Assembly: GCF_009914755.1 (NCBI RefSeq)
Contig: NC_060925.1
Reading direction: 5' to 3' (one strand)
Source of the DNA: the human T2T-CHM13v2.0 reference genome, Homo sapiens
DNA: 64,000 nucleotides
In this document: one piece after another, positions 41,001 to 56,700 of the stretch
Layout: each line of letters opens with the position of its first letter
Position numbering within the stretch: position 1 is the stretch's first letter
The notes under the pieces: generated by a model
What the model was told of the DNA's origin: nothing
Database searches by the model: none
What the model saw: the letters and a program-made list of their open reading frames with translations, nothing else
Program-made: the position numbers and the translations under genes

Positions 41001-43989
41001 ATCATAAAATGGAATCGAATGGAATCAACATCAAGTGGAATCAAATGGAATCATTGAACGGAATTGAATGGAATCGTCATCGAATGAATTGTATGCAATC
41101 ATCGAATGGTCTCGAATGGAATCATCTTCAAATGGAATGGAATTGAATCATCGCATAGAATCGAATGGAATTATCATCGAATGGAATCGAATGGTATCAA
41201 CATCAAACGGAAAAAAACGGAATTATCGAATGGAATCGAAGAGAATCATCGAATGGACCCGAATGGAATCATCTAATGGAATGGAATGGAATAATCCATG
41301 GACTCGAATGCAATCATCATCGAATGGAATCGAATGGAATCATCGAATGGACTCGAATGGAATAATCATTGAACGGAATCGAATGGAATCATCATCGGAT
41401 GGAAATGAATGCAATCATCATCGAATGGAATCGAATAGAATTATGGAATGAAATCCAGTGTGATCATCATCGAATGGACCCGAATGGAATCATCATCCAA
41501 CGGAAGCTAATGGAATCAATATCCAATGAATCGAATGGAAACAAAATCGAATTGAAACGAATGGAATTATCATGAAATTGAAATGGATGGACTCATCATC
41601 GGATGGATTCGAATGGAATCATCGAATAAAATTGATTGAAATCATCATCAAATGGAATCGAATGGTATCATTGAATGGAATCGAATGGAATCATCATCAG
41701 ATGGAAATGAATGGAATCGTCATAGAATGGAATCGAATGGATTCATTGAATGGAATCAGATGGAATCATCGAATGGACTGGAATGGAATCATTGAATGGA
41801 CTCAAAGGGATCATTATTGAATGGAATTGAATGGAATCATCGAATGGTCTCGATTGGAATCATTATCAAATGGAATCGAATGGAATCACCGAATAGAATC
41901 GAATGGAACAATCATCGAATGGACTCAAATGGAATTATCCTCAAATGGAATCGAATGGAATTATCGAATGCAATCGAATGGAATTATCGAATGCAATCGA
42001 ATAGAATCATCGAATGGACTCGAATGGAATCATCGAATGGAATGGAATGGAACAGTCAATGAACTCGAATGGAATCATCATTGAATGGAATCGAATGGAA
42101 TCATCGAGTGGAATCGAATGGAATTATGATCAAATGGAATCGAATGTAATCATCATCAAATGGAATCAAAAATAACCATCATCAATTGGTATTGAATGGA
42201 ATTGTCATCAAATGGAATTCAAGGAATCATCATCAAATGGAACCGAATGGAATCCTCATTGAATGGAAATGAAAGGGGTCATCATCTAATTGAATCGCAT
42301 GGAATCATCATCAAAAGGAATCGAATGGAATCATCATCAAATGGAATCTGATGGAATCATTGAACAGAATTGAATGGAATCGTCATCGAATGAATTGAAT
42401 GCAATCATCGAATGGTCTCGAATGGAATCATCTTCTAATGGAAAGGAATGGAATCATCGCATAGAATCGAATGGAATTATCATCGAATGGAATCGAATGG
42501 TATCAACATCAAACGGAAAAAAACGGAATTATCGAATGGAATCGAAGAGAATCTTCGAACGGACCCGAATGGAATCATCTAATGGAATGGAATGGAATAA
42601 TCCATGGACTGGAAGGCAATCATCATCGAATGGAATCGAATGGAATCATCGAATGGACTCGAATGGAATAATCATTGAACGGAAACGAATGGAATCATCA
42701 TCGGATGGAAACGAATGGAATCATCATCGAATGGAAATGAAAGGAGTCATCATCTAATGGAATTGAATGGAATCATCATAAAATGGAATCGAATGGGATC
42801 AACATCAAATGGAATCAAATGGAATCATTGAACGGATTTGAATGGAATCGTCATCGAATGAATTGAATGCAATCATCGAATGGTCTCGAATGGAATCATC
42901 TTCAAATGGAATAGCATGGAATCATCGCATAGAATCGAATGGAATTATCATCGAATGGAATCGAATGGAATCAACATCAAACGGATAAAAACGGAATTAT
43001 CGAATGGAATCGAAGAGAATCATCGAACGGACACGAATGGAATCATCTAATGGAATGGAATGGAATAATCCATGGACTCGAATGCAATCATCATCGAATG
43101 GAATCGAATGGAATCATCGAATGGACTCGAATGGAATAATCATTGAACGGAATCGAATGGAATCATCATCGGATGGAAATGAATGGAATCATCATCGAAT
43201 GGAATGGAATAGAATTATGGAATGAAATCCAGTGTGATCATCATCGAGTGGACCCGAATGGAATCATCATCCAACGGAAGCTAATGGAATCAACATCGAA
43301 TGAATCGAATGGAAACACCATCGATTTGAAACGAATGGAATTATCATGAAATTGAAATGGATGGACTCATCATCGAATGGATTCGAATGGAATCATCGAA
43401 TAAAATTGATTGAAATCATCATCAAATGGAATCGAATGGTATCATTGAATGGAATCGAATGGAATCATCATCAGATGGAAATGAATGGAATCGTCATAGA
43501 ATGGAATCGAATGGATTCATTGAATGGAATCAGATGGAATCATCGAATGGACTGGAATGGAATCATTGAATGGACTCGAAAGGGATCATGATTGAATGGA
43601 ATTGAATGGAATCATCGAATGGTCTCGATTGGAATCATTATCAAATGGAATCGAATGGAATCACCGAATAGAATCGATTGGAACAATCATCGAATGGACT
43701 CAAATGGAATTATCCTCAAATGGAATCGAATGGAATTATCGAATGCAATCGAATGGAATTATCGAATGCAATCGAATAGAATCATCGAATGGACTCGAAT
43801 GAAATCATCGAATGGAATGGAATGGAACAGTCAATGAACTCGAATGGAATCATCATTGAATGGAATCGAATGGAATCATCGAGTGGAATCGAATGGAATT
43901 ATGATCAAATGGAATCGAATGTAATCATCATCAAATGGAATCAAAAATAACCATCATCAATTGGTATTGAATGGAATTGTCATCAAATG

Positions 43990-46785
43990 GAATTCAAAGG
44001 AAACATCATCATATGGAACCGAATGGAATCCTCATTGAATGGAAATGAAAGGGGTCATCATCTAATGGAATCGCATGGAATCATCATCAAATGGAATCGA
44101 ATGGAATCATCATCAAATGGAATCTGATGGAATCATTGAATGGAATCATCATCGAATGAATTGAATGCAATCATCGAATGGTCTCGAATGGAATCATCTT
44201 CTAATGGAAAGGAATGGAATCATCGCATAGAATCGAATGGAATTATCATCGAATGGAATCGAATGGTATCAACATCAAACGGAAAAAAACGGAATTATCG
44301 AATGGAATCGAAGAGAATCTTCGAACGGACCCGAATGGAATCATCTAATGGAATGGAATGGAATAATCCATGGACTGGAAGGCAATCATCATCGAATGGA
44401 ATCGAATGGAATCATCGAATGGACTCGAATGGAATAATCATTGAACGGAATCGAATGGAATCATCATCGGAATGAAACGAATGGAATCATCATCGAATGG
44501 AAATGAAAGGAGTCATCATCTAATGGAATTGCATGGAATCATCATAAAATGGAATCGAATGGAATCAACATCAAATGGAATCAAATGGAATCATTGAACG
44601 GAATTGAATGGAATCGTCATCGAATGAATTGAATGCAATCATCGAATGGTCTCGAATGGAATCATCTTCAAATGGAATGGAATGGAATCATCGCATAGAA
44701 TCGAATGGAATTATCATCGAATGGAATCGAATGGAATCAACATCAAACGGAAAAAAAACGGAATTATCGTATGGAATCGAAGAGAATCATCGAATGGACC
44801 CGAATGGAATCATCTAATGGAATGGAATGGAATAATCCATGGACTCGAATGCAATCATCATCGAACGGAATCGAATGGAATCATCGAATGGACTCGAATG
44901 GAATAATCATTGAACGGAATCGAATGGAATCATCATCGGATGGAAATGAATGGAATCATCATCGAATGGAATCGAATAGAATTATGGAATGAAATCCAGT
45001 GTGATCATCATCGAATGGACCCGAATGGAATCATAATCCAACGGAAGCTAATGGAATCAACATCGAATGAATCGAATGGAAACACCATCGAATTGAAACG
45101 AATGGAATTATCATGAAATTGAAATGGATGGACTCATCATCGAATGGATTCGAATGGAATCATCGAATAAAATTGATTGAAATCATCATCGAATGGAATC
45201 GAATGGTATCATTGAATGGAATCGAATGGAATCATCATCAGATGGAAATGAATGGAATCGTCATAGAATGGAATCGAATGGATTCATTGAATGGAATCAG
45301 ATGGAATCATCGAATGGACTGGAATGGAATCATTGAATGGACTCGAAAGGGATCATGATTGAATGGAATTGAATGGAATCATCGAATGGTCTCAATTGGA
45401 ATCATTATCAAATGGAATCGAATGGAATCACCGCATAGAATCGAATGGAACAATCATCGAATGGACTCAAATGGAATTATCCTCAAATGGAATGGAATGT
45501 AATTATCGAATGCAATCGAATGGAATTATCGAATGCAATCGAATAGAATCATCGAATGGACTCGAATGGAATCATCGAATGGAATGGAATGGAACAGTCA
45601 ATGAACTCGAATGGAATCATCATTGAATGGAATCGAATGGAATCATCGAGTGGAATCGAATGGAATTATGATCAAATGGAATCGAATGTAATCATCATCA
45701 AATGGAATCAAAAATAACCATCATCAATTGGTATTGAATGGAATTGTCATCAAATGGAATTCAAAGGAAACATCATCAAATGGAACCGAATGGAATCCTC
45801 ATTGAATGGAAATGAAAGGGGTCATCATCTAATGGAATCGCATGGAATCATCATCAAATGGAATCGAATGGAATCATCATCAAATGGAATCTGATGGAAT
45901 CATTGAATGGAATCGTCATCGAATGAATTGAATGCAATCATCGAATGGTCTCGAATGGAATCATCTTCAAATGGAATAGAATGGAATCATCGCATAGAAT
46001 CGAATGGAATTATCATCGAATGGAATCGAATGGAATCAACATCAAACGGAAAAAAAACGGAATTATCGTATGGAATCGAAGAGAATCATCGAATGGACCC
46101 GAATGGAATCATCTAATGGAATGGAATGGAATAATCCATGGACTCGAATGCAATCATCATCGAATGGAATCGAGTGGAATCATCGAATGGACTCGAATGG
46201 AATAATCATTGAACGGAATCGAATGGAATCATCATCGGATGGAAATGAATGGAATCATCATCGAATGGAATCGAATAGAATTATGGAATGAAATCCAGTG
46301 TGATCATCATCGAATGGACCCGAATGGAATCATCATCCAACGGAAGCTAATGGAATCAACATCGAATGAATCGAATGGAAACACCATCGAATTGAAACGA
46401 ATGGAATTATCATGAAATTGAAATGGATGGACTCATCTTCGAATGGATTCGAATGGAATCATCGAATAAAATTGATTGAAATCATCATCAAATGGAATCG
46501 AATGGTATCATTGAATGGAATCGAATGGAATCATCATCAGATGGAAATGAATGGAATCGTCATAGAATGGAATCGAATGGATTCATTGAATGGAATCAGA
46601 TGGAATCATCGAATGGACTGGAATGGAATCATTGAATGGACTCGAAAGGGATCATGATTGAATGGAATTGAATGGAATCATCGAATGGTCTCGATTGGAA
46701 TCATTATCAAATGGAATCGAATGGAATCACCGAATAGAATCGAATGGAACTATCATCGAATGGACTCAAATGGAATTATCCTCCA
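43990..46785 (+). repeat. Local variant monomers of 1767 and 1299 bp
   Basis: 10-bp deletion ('cattgaa/tggaatc', missing cagaattgaa) at ~44140 and ~45907, 1767 apart. A8 run plus 'ttatcgtatgg' at ~44751 and ~46050, 1299 apart. The module at 45907 is B-type with no preceding A. Confidence 0.82.
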
Positions 46786-47015
46786 ATGGAATGGAATGGA
46801 ATAATCCATGGACTCGAATGCAATCATCATCGAATGGAATCGAATGGAATCATCGAATGGACTCGAATGGAATAATCATTGAACGGAATCGAATGGAATC
46901 ATCTTCGGATGGAAACGAATGGAATCATCATCGAATGGAAATGAAAGGAATCATCATCTAATGGAATTGCATGGAATCATCATAAAATGGAATCGAAAGG
47001 AATCATCATCAGATG
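46780..47015 (+). repeat. Doubly rearranged segment: module-A fragment between 638-bp and 666-bp deletion junctions
   Basis: 'attatcctccaatggaatggaatggaataatccatgg' at ~46776-46811 joins the long segment to mid-module. 'cataaaatggaatcgaaaggaatcatcatcagatgg' at 46981-47016 rejoins the long segment. Spacing 45907 to 47688 = 1781 = 1309 + 1110 - 638. Confidence 0.85.
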
Positions 47016-50000
47016 GAAATGAATGGAATCGTCATAGAATGGAATCGAATGGATTCATTGAATGGAATCAGATGGAATCATAGAATGGACTGGAATGGAA
47101 TCATTGAATGGACTCGAAAGGGATCATTATTGAATGGAATTGAATGGAATCATCGAATGGTCTCGATTGGAATTATTATCAAATGGAATCGAATGGAATC
47201 ACCGAATAGAATCGAATGGAACAATCATCGAATGGACTCTAATGGAATTATCCTCCAATGGAATCGAATGGAATTATCGAATGCAATCGAATGGAATTAT
47301 CGAATGCAATCGAATAGAATCATCGAATGGACTCGAATGGAATCATCGAATGGAATGGAATGGAACAGTCAATGAACTCGAATGGAATCATCATTGAATG
47401 GAATCGAATGGAATCATCGAGTGGAATCGAATGGAATTATGATCAAATGGAATCGAATGTAATCATCATCAAATGGAATCAAAAATAACCATCATCAATT
47501 GGTATTGAATGGAATTGTCATCAAATGGAATTCAAAGGAAACATCATCAAATGGAACCGAATGGAATCCTCATTGAATGGAAATGAAAGGGGTCATCATC
47601 TAATGGAATCGCATGGAATCATCATCAAATGGAATCGAATGGAATCATCATCAAGTGGAATCTGATGGAATCATTGAACAGAATTGAATGGAATCGTCAT
47701 CGAATGAATTGAATGCAATCATCGAATGGTCTCGAATGGAATCATCTTCTAATGGAAAGGAATGGAATCATCGCATAGAATCGAATGGAATTATCATCGA
47801 ATGGAATCGAATGGTATCTGCAGCAAACGGAAAAAAACGGAATTTTCGAATGGAATCGAAGAGAATCTTCGAACGGACCCGAATGGAATCATCTAATGGA
47901 ATGGAATGGAATAATCCATGGACTGGAAGGCAATCATCATCGAATGGAATCGAATGGAATCATCGAATGGACTCGAATGGAATAATCATTGAACGGAATC
48001 GAATGGAATCATCTTCGGATGGAAACGAATGGAATCATCATCGAATGGAAATGAAAGGAGTCATCATCTAATGGAATTGCATGGAATCATCATAAAATGG
48101 AATCGAATGGAATCAACATCAAATGGAATCAAATGGAATCATTGAACGGAATTGAATGGAATCGTCATCGAATGAATTGAATACAATCATCGAATGGTCT
48201 CGAATGGAATCATCTTGAAATGGAATGCAATGGAATCATCGCATAGAATCGAATGGAATTATCATCGAATGGAATTGAATGGAATCAACATCAAACGGAA
48301 GAAAACGGAATTATCGAATGGAATCGAAGAGAATCATCGAATGGACCCGAATGGAATCATCTAATGGAATGGAATGGAATAATCCATGGACTCGAATGTA
48401 ATCATCATCGAATGGAATCGAATGGAATCATCGAATGTACTCGAATGGAGTAATCATTGAACGGAATCGAATGGAATCATCATCGGATGGAAATGAATGC
48501 AATCATCATCGAATGGAATCGAATAGAATTATGGAATGAAATCCAGTGTGATCATCATCGAATGGACCCGAATGGATTCATCATCCAACGGAAGCTAATG
48601 GAATCAACATCGAATGAATCGAATGGAAACACCATCGAATTGAAACGAATGGAATTATCATGAAATTGAAATGGATGGACTCATCATCGAATGGATTCGA
48701 ATGGAATCATCGAATAAAATTGATTGAAATCATCATCAAATGGAATCGAATGGTATCATTGAATGGAATCGAATGGAATCATCATCAGATGGAAATGAAT
48801 GGAATCGTCATAGAATGGAATCGAATGGATTCATTGAATGGAATCAGATGGAATCATCGAATGGACTGGAATGGAATCATTGAATGGACTCGAAAGGGCT
48901 CATTATTGAATGGAATTGAATGGAATCATCGAATGGTCTCGATTGCAATCATTATCAAATGGAATCGAATGGAATCACCGAATAGAATCGAATGGAACAA
49001 TCATCGAATGGACTCAAATGGAATTATCCTCCAATGGAATCGAATGGAATTATCGAATGCAATCGAATGGAATTATCGAATGCAATCGAATAGAATCATC
49101 GAATGGACTCGAATGGAATCATCGAATTGAATGGAATGGAACAGTCAATGAACTCGAATGGAATCATCATTGAATGGAATCGAATGGAATCATCGAGTGG
49201 AATCGAATGGAATTATGATCAAATGGAATCGAATGTAATCATCATCAAATGGAATCAAAAATAACCATCATCAATTGGTATTGAATGGAATTGTCATCAA
49301 ATGGAATTCAAAGGAATCATCATCAAATGGAACCGAATGGAATCCTCATTGAATGGAAATGAAAGGGGTCATCATCTAATGGAATCGCATGGAATCATCA
49401 TCAAATGGAATCGAATGGAATCATCATCAAATGGAATCTAATGGAATCATTGAAAAGAATTGAATGGAATCGTCATCGAATGAATTGAATGCAATCATCA
49501 AATGGTCTCGAATGGAATCATCATCTAATGGAAAGGAATGGAATCATCGCATAGAATCGAATGGAATTATCATCGAATGGAATCGAATGGTATCAACACC
49601 AAACGAAAAAAAACGGAATTTTCGAATGGAATCGAAGAGAATCTTCGAACGGACCCGAATGGAATCATCTAATGGAATGGAATGGAATAATCCATGGACT
49701 GGAAGGCAATCATCATCGAATGGAATCGAATGGAATCATCGAATGGACTCGAATGGAATAATCATTGAACGGAATCCAATGGAATCATCATCGGATGGAA
49801 ACGAATGGAATCATCATCGAATGGAAATGAAAGGAGTCAACATCTAATGGAATTGCATGGAATCATCATAAAATGGAATCGAATGGAATCAACATCAAAT
49901 GGAATCAAATGGAATCATTGAACAGAATTGAATGGAATCGTCATCGAATGAATTGAATGCAATCATCGAATGGTCTCGAATGGAATCATCTTCAAATGGA

Positions 50001-53000
50001 AAGGAATGGAATCATCGCATAGAATCGAATGGAATTATCATCGAATGGAATCGAATGGTATCAACACCAAACGGAAAAAAACGGAATTATCGAATGGAAT
50101 CAAAGAGAATCTTCGAACGGACCCGAATGAAATCATCTAATGGAATAGAATGCAATAATCCATGGACTGGAAGGCAATCATCATCGAATGGAATCGAATG
50201 GAATCATCGAATGGACTCGAGTGGAATAATCATTGAACGGAATCGAATGGAATCATCATCGGATGGAAACGAATGGAATCATTATCGAATGGAAATGAAA
50301 GGAGTCATCATCTAATGGAATTGCATGGAATCATCATAAAATGGAATCGAATGGAATCAACATCAAATGGAATCAAATGGAATCATTGAACGGAATTGAA
50401 TGGAATCGTCATCGAATGAATTGAATGCAATCATCGAATGGTCTCGAATGGAATCATCTTCAAATGGAATGGAATGGAATCATCGCATAGAATCGAATGG
50501 AATTATCATCGAATGGAATCGAATGGAATCAACATCAAACGGAAAAAAACGGAATTATCGAATGGAATCGAAGAGAATCATCGAATGGACCCGAATGGAA
50601 TCATCTAATGGAATGGAATGGAATAATCCATGGACTCGAATGCAATCATCATCGAATGGAATCGAATGGAATCATCGAATGGACTCGAATGGAATAATCA
50701 TTGAACGGAATCGAATGGAATCATCATCGGATGGAAATGAATGGAATCATCATCGAATGGAATCGAATAGAATTATGGAATGAAATCCAGTGTGATCATC
50801 ATCGAATGGACCCGAATGGAATCATCATCCAACGGAAGCTAATGGAATCAACATCGAATGAATCAAATGGAAACACCATCGAATTGAAACGAATGGAATT
50901 ACCATGAAATTGAAATGGATGGACTCATCATCGAATGGATTCGAATGGAATCATCGAATAAAATTGATTGAAATCATCATCGAATGGAATCGAATGGTAT
51001 CATTGAATGGAATCGAATGGAATCATCATCAGATGGAAATGAATGGAATCGTCATGGAATGGAATCGAATGGATTCATTGAATGGAATCAGATGGAATCA
51101 TCGAATGGACTGGAATGGAATCATTGAATGGACTCGAAAGGGATCATTATTGAATGGAATTGAATGGAATCATCAAATGGTCTCGATTGGAATCATTATC
51201 AAATGGAATCGAATGGAATCACCGAATAGAATCGAATGGAACAATCATCGAATGGACTCAAATGGAATTATCCTCCAATGGAATCGAATGGAATTATCGA
51301 ATGCAATCGAATGGAATTATCGAATGCAATCGAATAGAATCATCGAATGGACTCGAATGGAATCATCGAGTGGAATGGAATGGAACAGTCAATGAACTCG
51401 AATGGAATCATCATTGAATGGAATCGAATGGAATCATCGAGTGGAATCGAATGGAATTATGATCAAATGGAATCGAATGTAATCATCATCAAATGGAATC
51501 AAAAATAACCATCATCAATTAGTATTGAATGGAATTGTCATCAAATGGAATTCAAAGGAATCATCATCAAATGGAACCGAATGGAATCCTCATTGAATGG
51601 AAATGAAAGGGGTCATCATCTAATGGAATCGCATGGAATCATCATCAAATGGAATCGAGTGGAATCATCATCAAATTGAATCTAAAGGAATCATTGAGCA
51701 GAATTGAATGGAATCGTCATCGAATGAATTGAATGCAATCATCGAATGGTCTCGAATGGAATCATCTTCTAATGGAAAGGAATGGAATCATCGCATAGAA
51801 TCGAATGGAATTAAAATTGAATGGACTCGAATGGAATCAACACCAAACGGAAAAAAACGGAATTATCGAATGGAATCGAAGAGAATCATCGAATGGACCC
51901 GAATGGAATCATCTAATGGAATGGAATGGAATAATCCATGGACTCGAATGCAATCATCATCGAATGGAATCGAATGGAATCATCGAATGGACTCGAGTGG
52001 AATAATCATTGAACGGAATCGAATGGAATCATCATCGGATGGAAAAGAATGGAATCATCATCGAATGGAAATGAAAGGAGTCATCATCTAATGGAATTGC
52101 ATGGAATCATCATAAAATGGAATCGAATGGAATCAACATCAAATGGAATCCAATGGAATCATTGAACGGAATTGAATGGAATCGTCATCGAATCAATTGA
52201 ATGCAATCATCGAATGGTCTCGAATGGAATAATCTTCAAATGGAATGGAATGGGACCATCGCATAGAATCGAATGTAATTATCATCGAATGGAATCGAAT
52301 GAAATCAACAACAAACGGAAAAAAAAGGAATTATCGAATGGAATCAAAGAGAATCATCGAATGGACCCGAATGGAATCATCTAATGGAATGGAATGGAAT
52401 AATCCATGGACTCGAATGCAATCATCATCGAATGGAATCGAATGGAATCATCGAATGGACTCGAATGGAATAATCATAGAACGGAATCGAATGGAATCAT
52501 CATCGGATGGAAATGAATGGAATCACCATCGAATGGAATCGAATAGAATTATGGAATGAAATCCAGTGTGATCGTCATCGAATGCACCCGAATGGAATCA
52601 TCATCCAACGGAATCTAATGGAAACAACATCGAATGAATCGAATGGAAACACCATCGAATTGAAACGAGTGGAATTATCATGAAATTGAAATGGATGGAC
52701 TCATCATCGAATGGATTCGAATGGAATCATCGAATAAAATTGATTGAAATCATCATCAAATGGAATCGAATGGTATCATTGAATGGAATCGAATGGAATC
52801 ATCATCAGATGGAAATGAATGGAATCGTCATAGAATGGAATCGAATGGATTCATTGAATGGAATCAGATGGAATCATCGAATGGACTGGAATGGAATCAT
52901 TGAATGGACTCGAGAGGGATCATTATTGAATGGAATTGAATGGAATCATGGAATGGTCTCGATTGGAATCATTATCAAATGGAATCGAATGGAATCACCT

Positions 53001-53799
53001 AATAGAATCGAATGGAACAATCATCGAATGGACTCCAATGGAATTATCCTCAAATGGAATCGAATGGAATTATCGAATGCAATCGAATGGAATTATCGAA
53101 TGCAATCGAATAGAATCATCGAATGGACTCGAATGGAATCATCGAATGGAATGGAATGGAACAGTCAATGAACTCGAATGGAATCATCATTGAATTGAAT
53201 CGAAAGGAATCATCGAGTGGAATCGAATGGAATTATGATCAAATGGAATCGAATGTAATCATCATCAAATGGAATCAAAGATAACCATCATCAATTGGTA
53301 TTGAATGGAATTGTCATCAAATGGAATTCAAAGGAATCATCACCAAATGGAACCGAAAGGAATCCTCATTGAATGGAAATGAAAGGGTCATCATCTAATG
53401 GAATCGCATGGAATCATCATCAAATGGAATCGAATGGAATCATCATCAGATGGAATCTAATGGAATCATTGAACAGAATTGAATGGAATCGTCATCGAAT
53501 GAATTGAATGCAATCATCGAATGGTCTCGAACGGAATCATCTTCTAATGGAAAGGAATGGAATCATCGCATAGAATCGAATGGAATTAACATTGAATGGA
53601 CTCGAATGGAATCAACATCAAACGGAATCAAGCGGAATTATCGAATGGAATCGAAGAGAATCATCGAATGGACTCGAATGGAATCATCTAATGGAATGGA
53701 ATGGAATAATCCACGGACTCGAATGCAATCATCATCGTATAGAATCGAATGGAATCATCGAAAGGACTCGAAAGGAATAATCATTGAACGGAATCGAAT

Positions 53800-56700
53800 G
53801 GAATCATCATCGGATGGAAACGAATGGAATCATCATCGAATGGAAATGAAAGGAGTCATCATCTAATGGAATTGCATGGAATCATCATAAAATGGAATCG
53901 AATGGAATCATCATCAAATGGAATCAAATGGAATCATTGAACGGAATTGAATGGAATCGTCATCGAATGAATTGAATGCAATCATCGAATGGTCTCGAAT
54001 GGAATCATCTTCAAATGGAATGGAATGGAATCATCGCATAGAATCGAATGGAATTATCATCGAATGGAATCGAATGGAATCAACATCAAATGGAAAAAAA
54101 CGGAATTATCGAATGGAATCGAAGAGAATCATCGAATGGACCCGAATGGAATCATCTAATGGAATGGAATGGAATAATCCATGGACTCGAATGCAATCAT
54201 CATCGAATGGAATCGAATGGAATCATCGAATGGACTCGAATGGAATAATCATCAAACGGAATCGAATGGAATCATCATCGGATGGAAATGAATAGAATCA
54301 TCATCGAATGGAATCGAATAGAATTATGGAATGAAATCCAGTGTGATCATCATCGAATGCACCCGAATGAAATCATCATCCAACGGAAGCTAATGGAATC
54401 AACATCGAATGAATCGAATGGAAACACCATCGAATTGAAACGAATGGAATTATCATGAAATTGAAATGGATGGACTCATCATCGAATGGATTCGAATGGA
54501 ATCATCGAATAAAATTGATTGAAATCATCATCAAATGGAATCGAATGGTATCATTGAATGGAATCGAATGGAATCATCATCAGATGGAAATGAATGGAAT
54601 CGTCATAGAATGGAATCGAATGGATTCATTGAGTGGAATCAGATGGAATCATCGAATGGACTGGAATGGAATCACTGAATGGACTCGAAAGGGATCATCA
54701 TTGAATGGAATTGAATGGAATCATCGAATGGTCTCGATTGGAATCATTATCAAATGGAATCGAATGAAATCACCGAATAGAATCGAATGGAACAATCATC
54801 GAATGGACTCAAATGGAATTATCTTCAAATGGAATCGAATGGAATTATCGAATGCAATCGAATGGAATTATCGAATGCAATCGAATAGAATCATCGAATG
54901 GACTCGAATGGAATCATCGAATGGAATGGAATGGAACAGTCAATGAACTCGAATGGAATCATCATTGAATGGAATCGAATGGAATCATCGAGTGGAATCG
55001 AATGGAATTATGATCAAATGGAATCGAATGTAATCATCATCAAATGGAATCAAAAATAACCATCATCAATTAGTATTGAATGGATTTGTCATCAAATGGA
55101 ATTCAAAGGAATCATCATCAAATGGAACCGAATGGAATCCTCATTGAATGGAAATGAAAGGGGTCATCATCTAATGGAATCGCATGGAATCATCATCAAA
55201 TGGAATCGAATGCAATCTTCATCAAATGGAATCTAATGGAATCATTGAACAGAATTGAATGGAATCGTCATCGAATGAATTGAATGCAATCATCGAATGG
55301 TCTCGAATGGAATCATCTTCTAATGGAAAGGAATGGAATCATCGCATAGAATCGAATGGAATTAACATTGAATGGACTCGAATGGAATCCACATCAAACG
55401 GAATCAAGCGGAATTATCGAATGGAATCGAAGAGAATCATCCAATGGACTCGAATGGAATCATCTAATGGAATGGAATGGAATAATCCACGGACTCGAAT
55501 GCAATCATCATCGTATAGAATCGAATGGAATCATCGAATGGACTCGAATGGAATAATCATTGAACGGAATCAAATGGAATCATCATCGGATGGAAACGAA
55601 AGGAATCATCATCGAATGGAAATGAAAAGAGTCATCATCTAATGGAATTGCATGGAATCATCATAAAATGGAATCGAATGGAATCAACATCAAATGGAAT
55701 CAAATGGAATCATTGAACGGAATTGAATGGAATCGTCATCGAATGAATTGAATGCAATCATCGAATGGTCTCGAATGGAATCATCTTCAAATGGAATGGT
55801 ATGGAATCCTCGCATAGAATCGAATGTAATTATCATCGAATGGAATCGAATGAAATCAACAACAAACGGAAAAAAAAGGAATTATCGAATGGAATCGAAG
55901 AGAATCATCGAATGGACCCGAATGGAATGATCTAATGGAATGGAATGGAATAATCCATGGACTCGAATGCAATCATCATCGAATGGAATCGAATCGAATC
56001 ATCGAATGGACTCGAATGGAATAATCATTGAACGGAATCGCATGGAGTCATCATCGGATGGAACTGAATGGAATCATCATCGAATGGAATCGAATAGAAT
56101 TATGGAATGAAATCCAGTGTGATCAGCATCGAATAGACCCGAATGGAATCATCATCCAACGGAAGCTAATGGAATCAACATCGAATGAATCGAATGGAAA
56201 CACCATCGAATTGAAACGAATGGAATTATCATGAAAGTGAAATGGATGGACTCGTCATCGAATGGATTCGAATGGAATCATCGAATAAAATTGATTGAAA
56301 TCATCATCAAGTGGAATCGAATGGTATCATTGAATGGAATCGAATGGAATCATCAGATGGAAATGAATTGAATCGTCATAGAATGGAATCGAATGGATTC
56401 ATTGAATGGAATCAGATGGAATCATCGAATGGACTGGAATGGAATCATTGAATGGACTCGAAAGGGATCATTATTGAATGGCATTGAATGGAATCATCGA
56501 ATGGTCTCGATTGGAATCATTATCAAATGGAATCGAATGGAATCACCGAATAGAATCGAATGGAACAATCATCGAATGGACACAAATGGAATTATCCTCA
56601 AATGGAATCGAATGGAATTATCGAATGCAATCGAATGGAATTATCGAATGCAATCGAATAGAATCATCGAATAGATTCGAATGGAATCATCGAATGGAAT

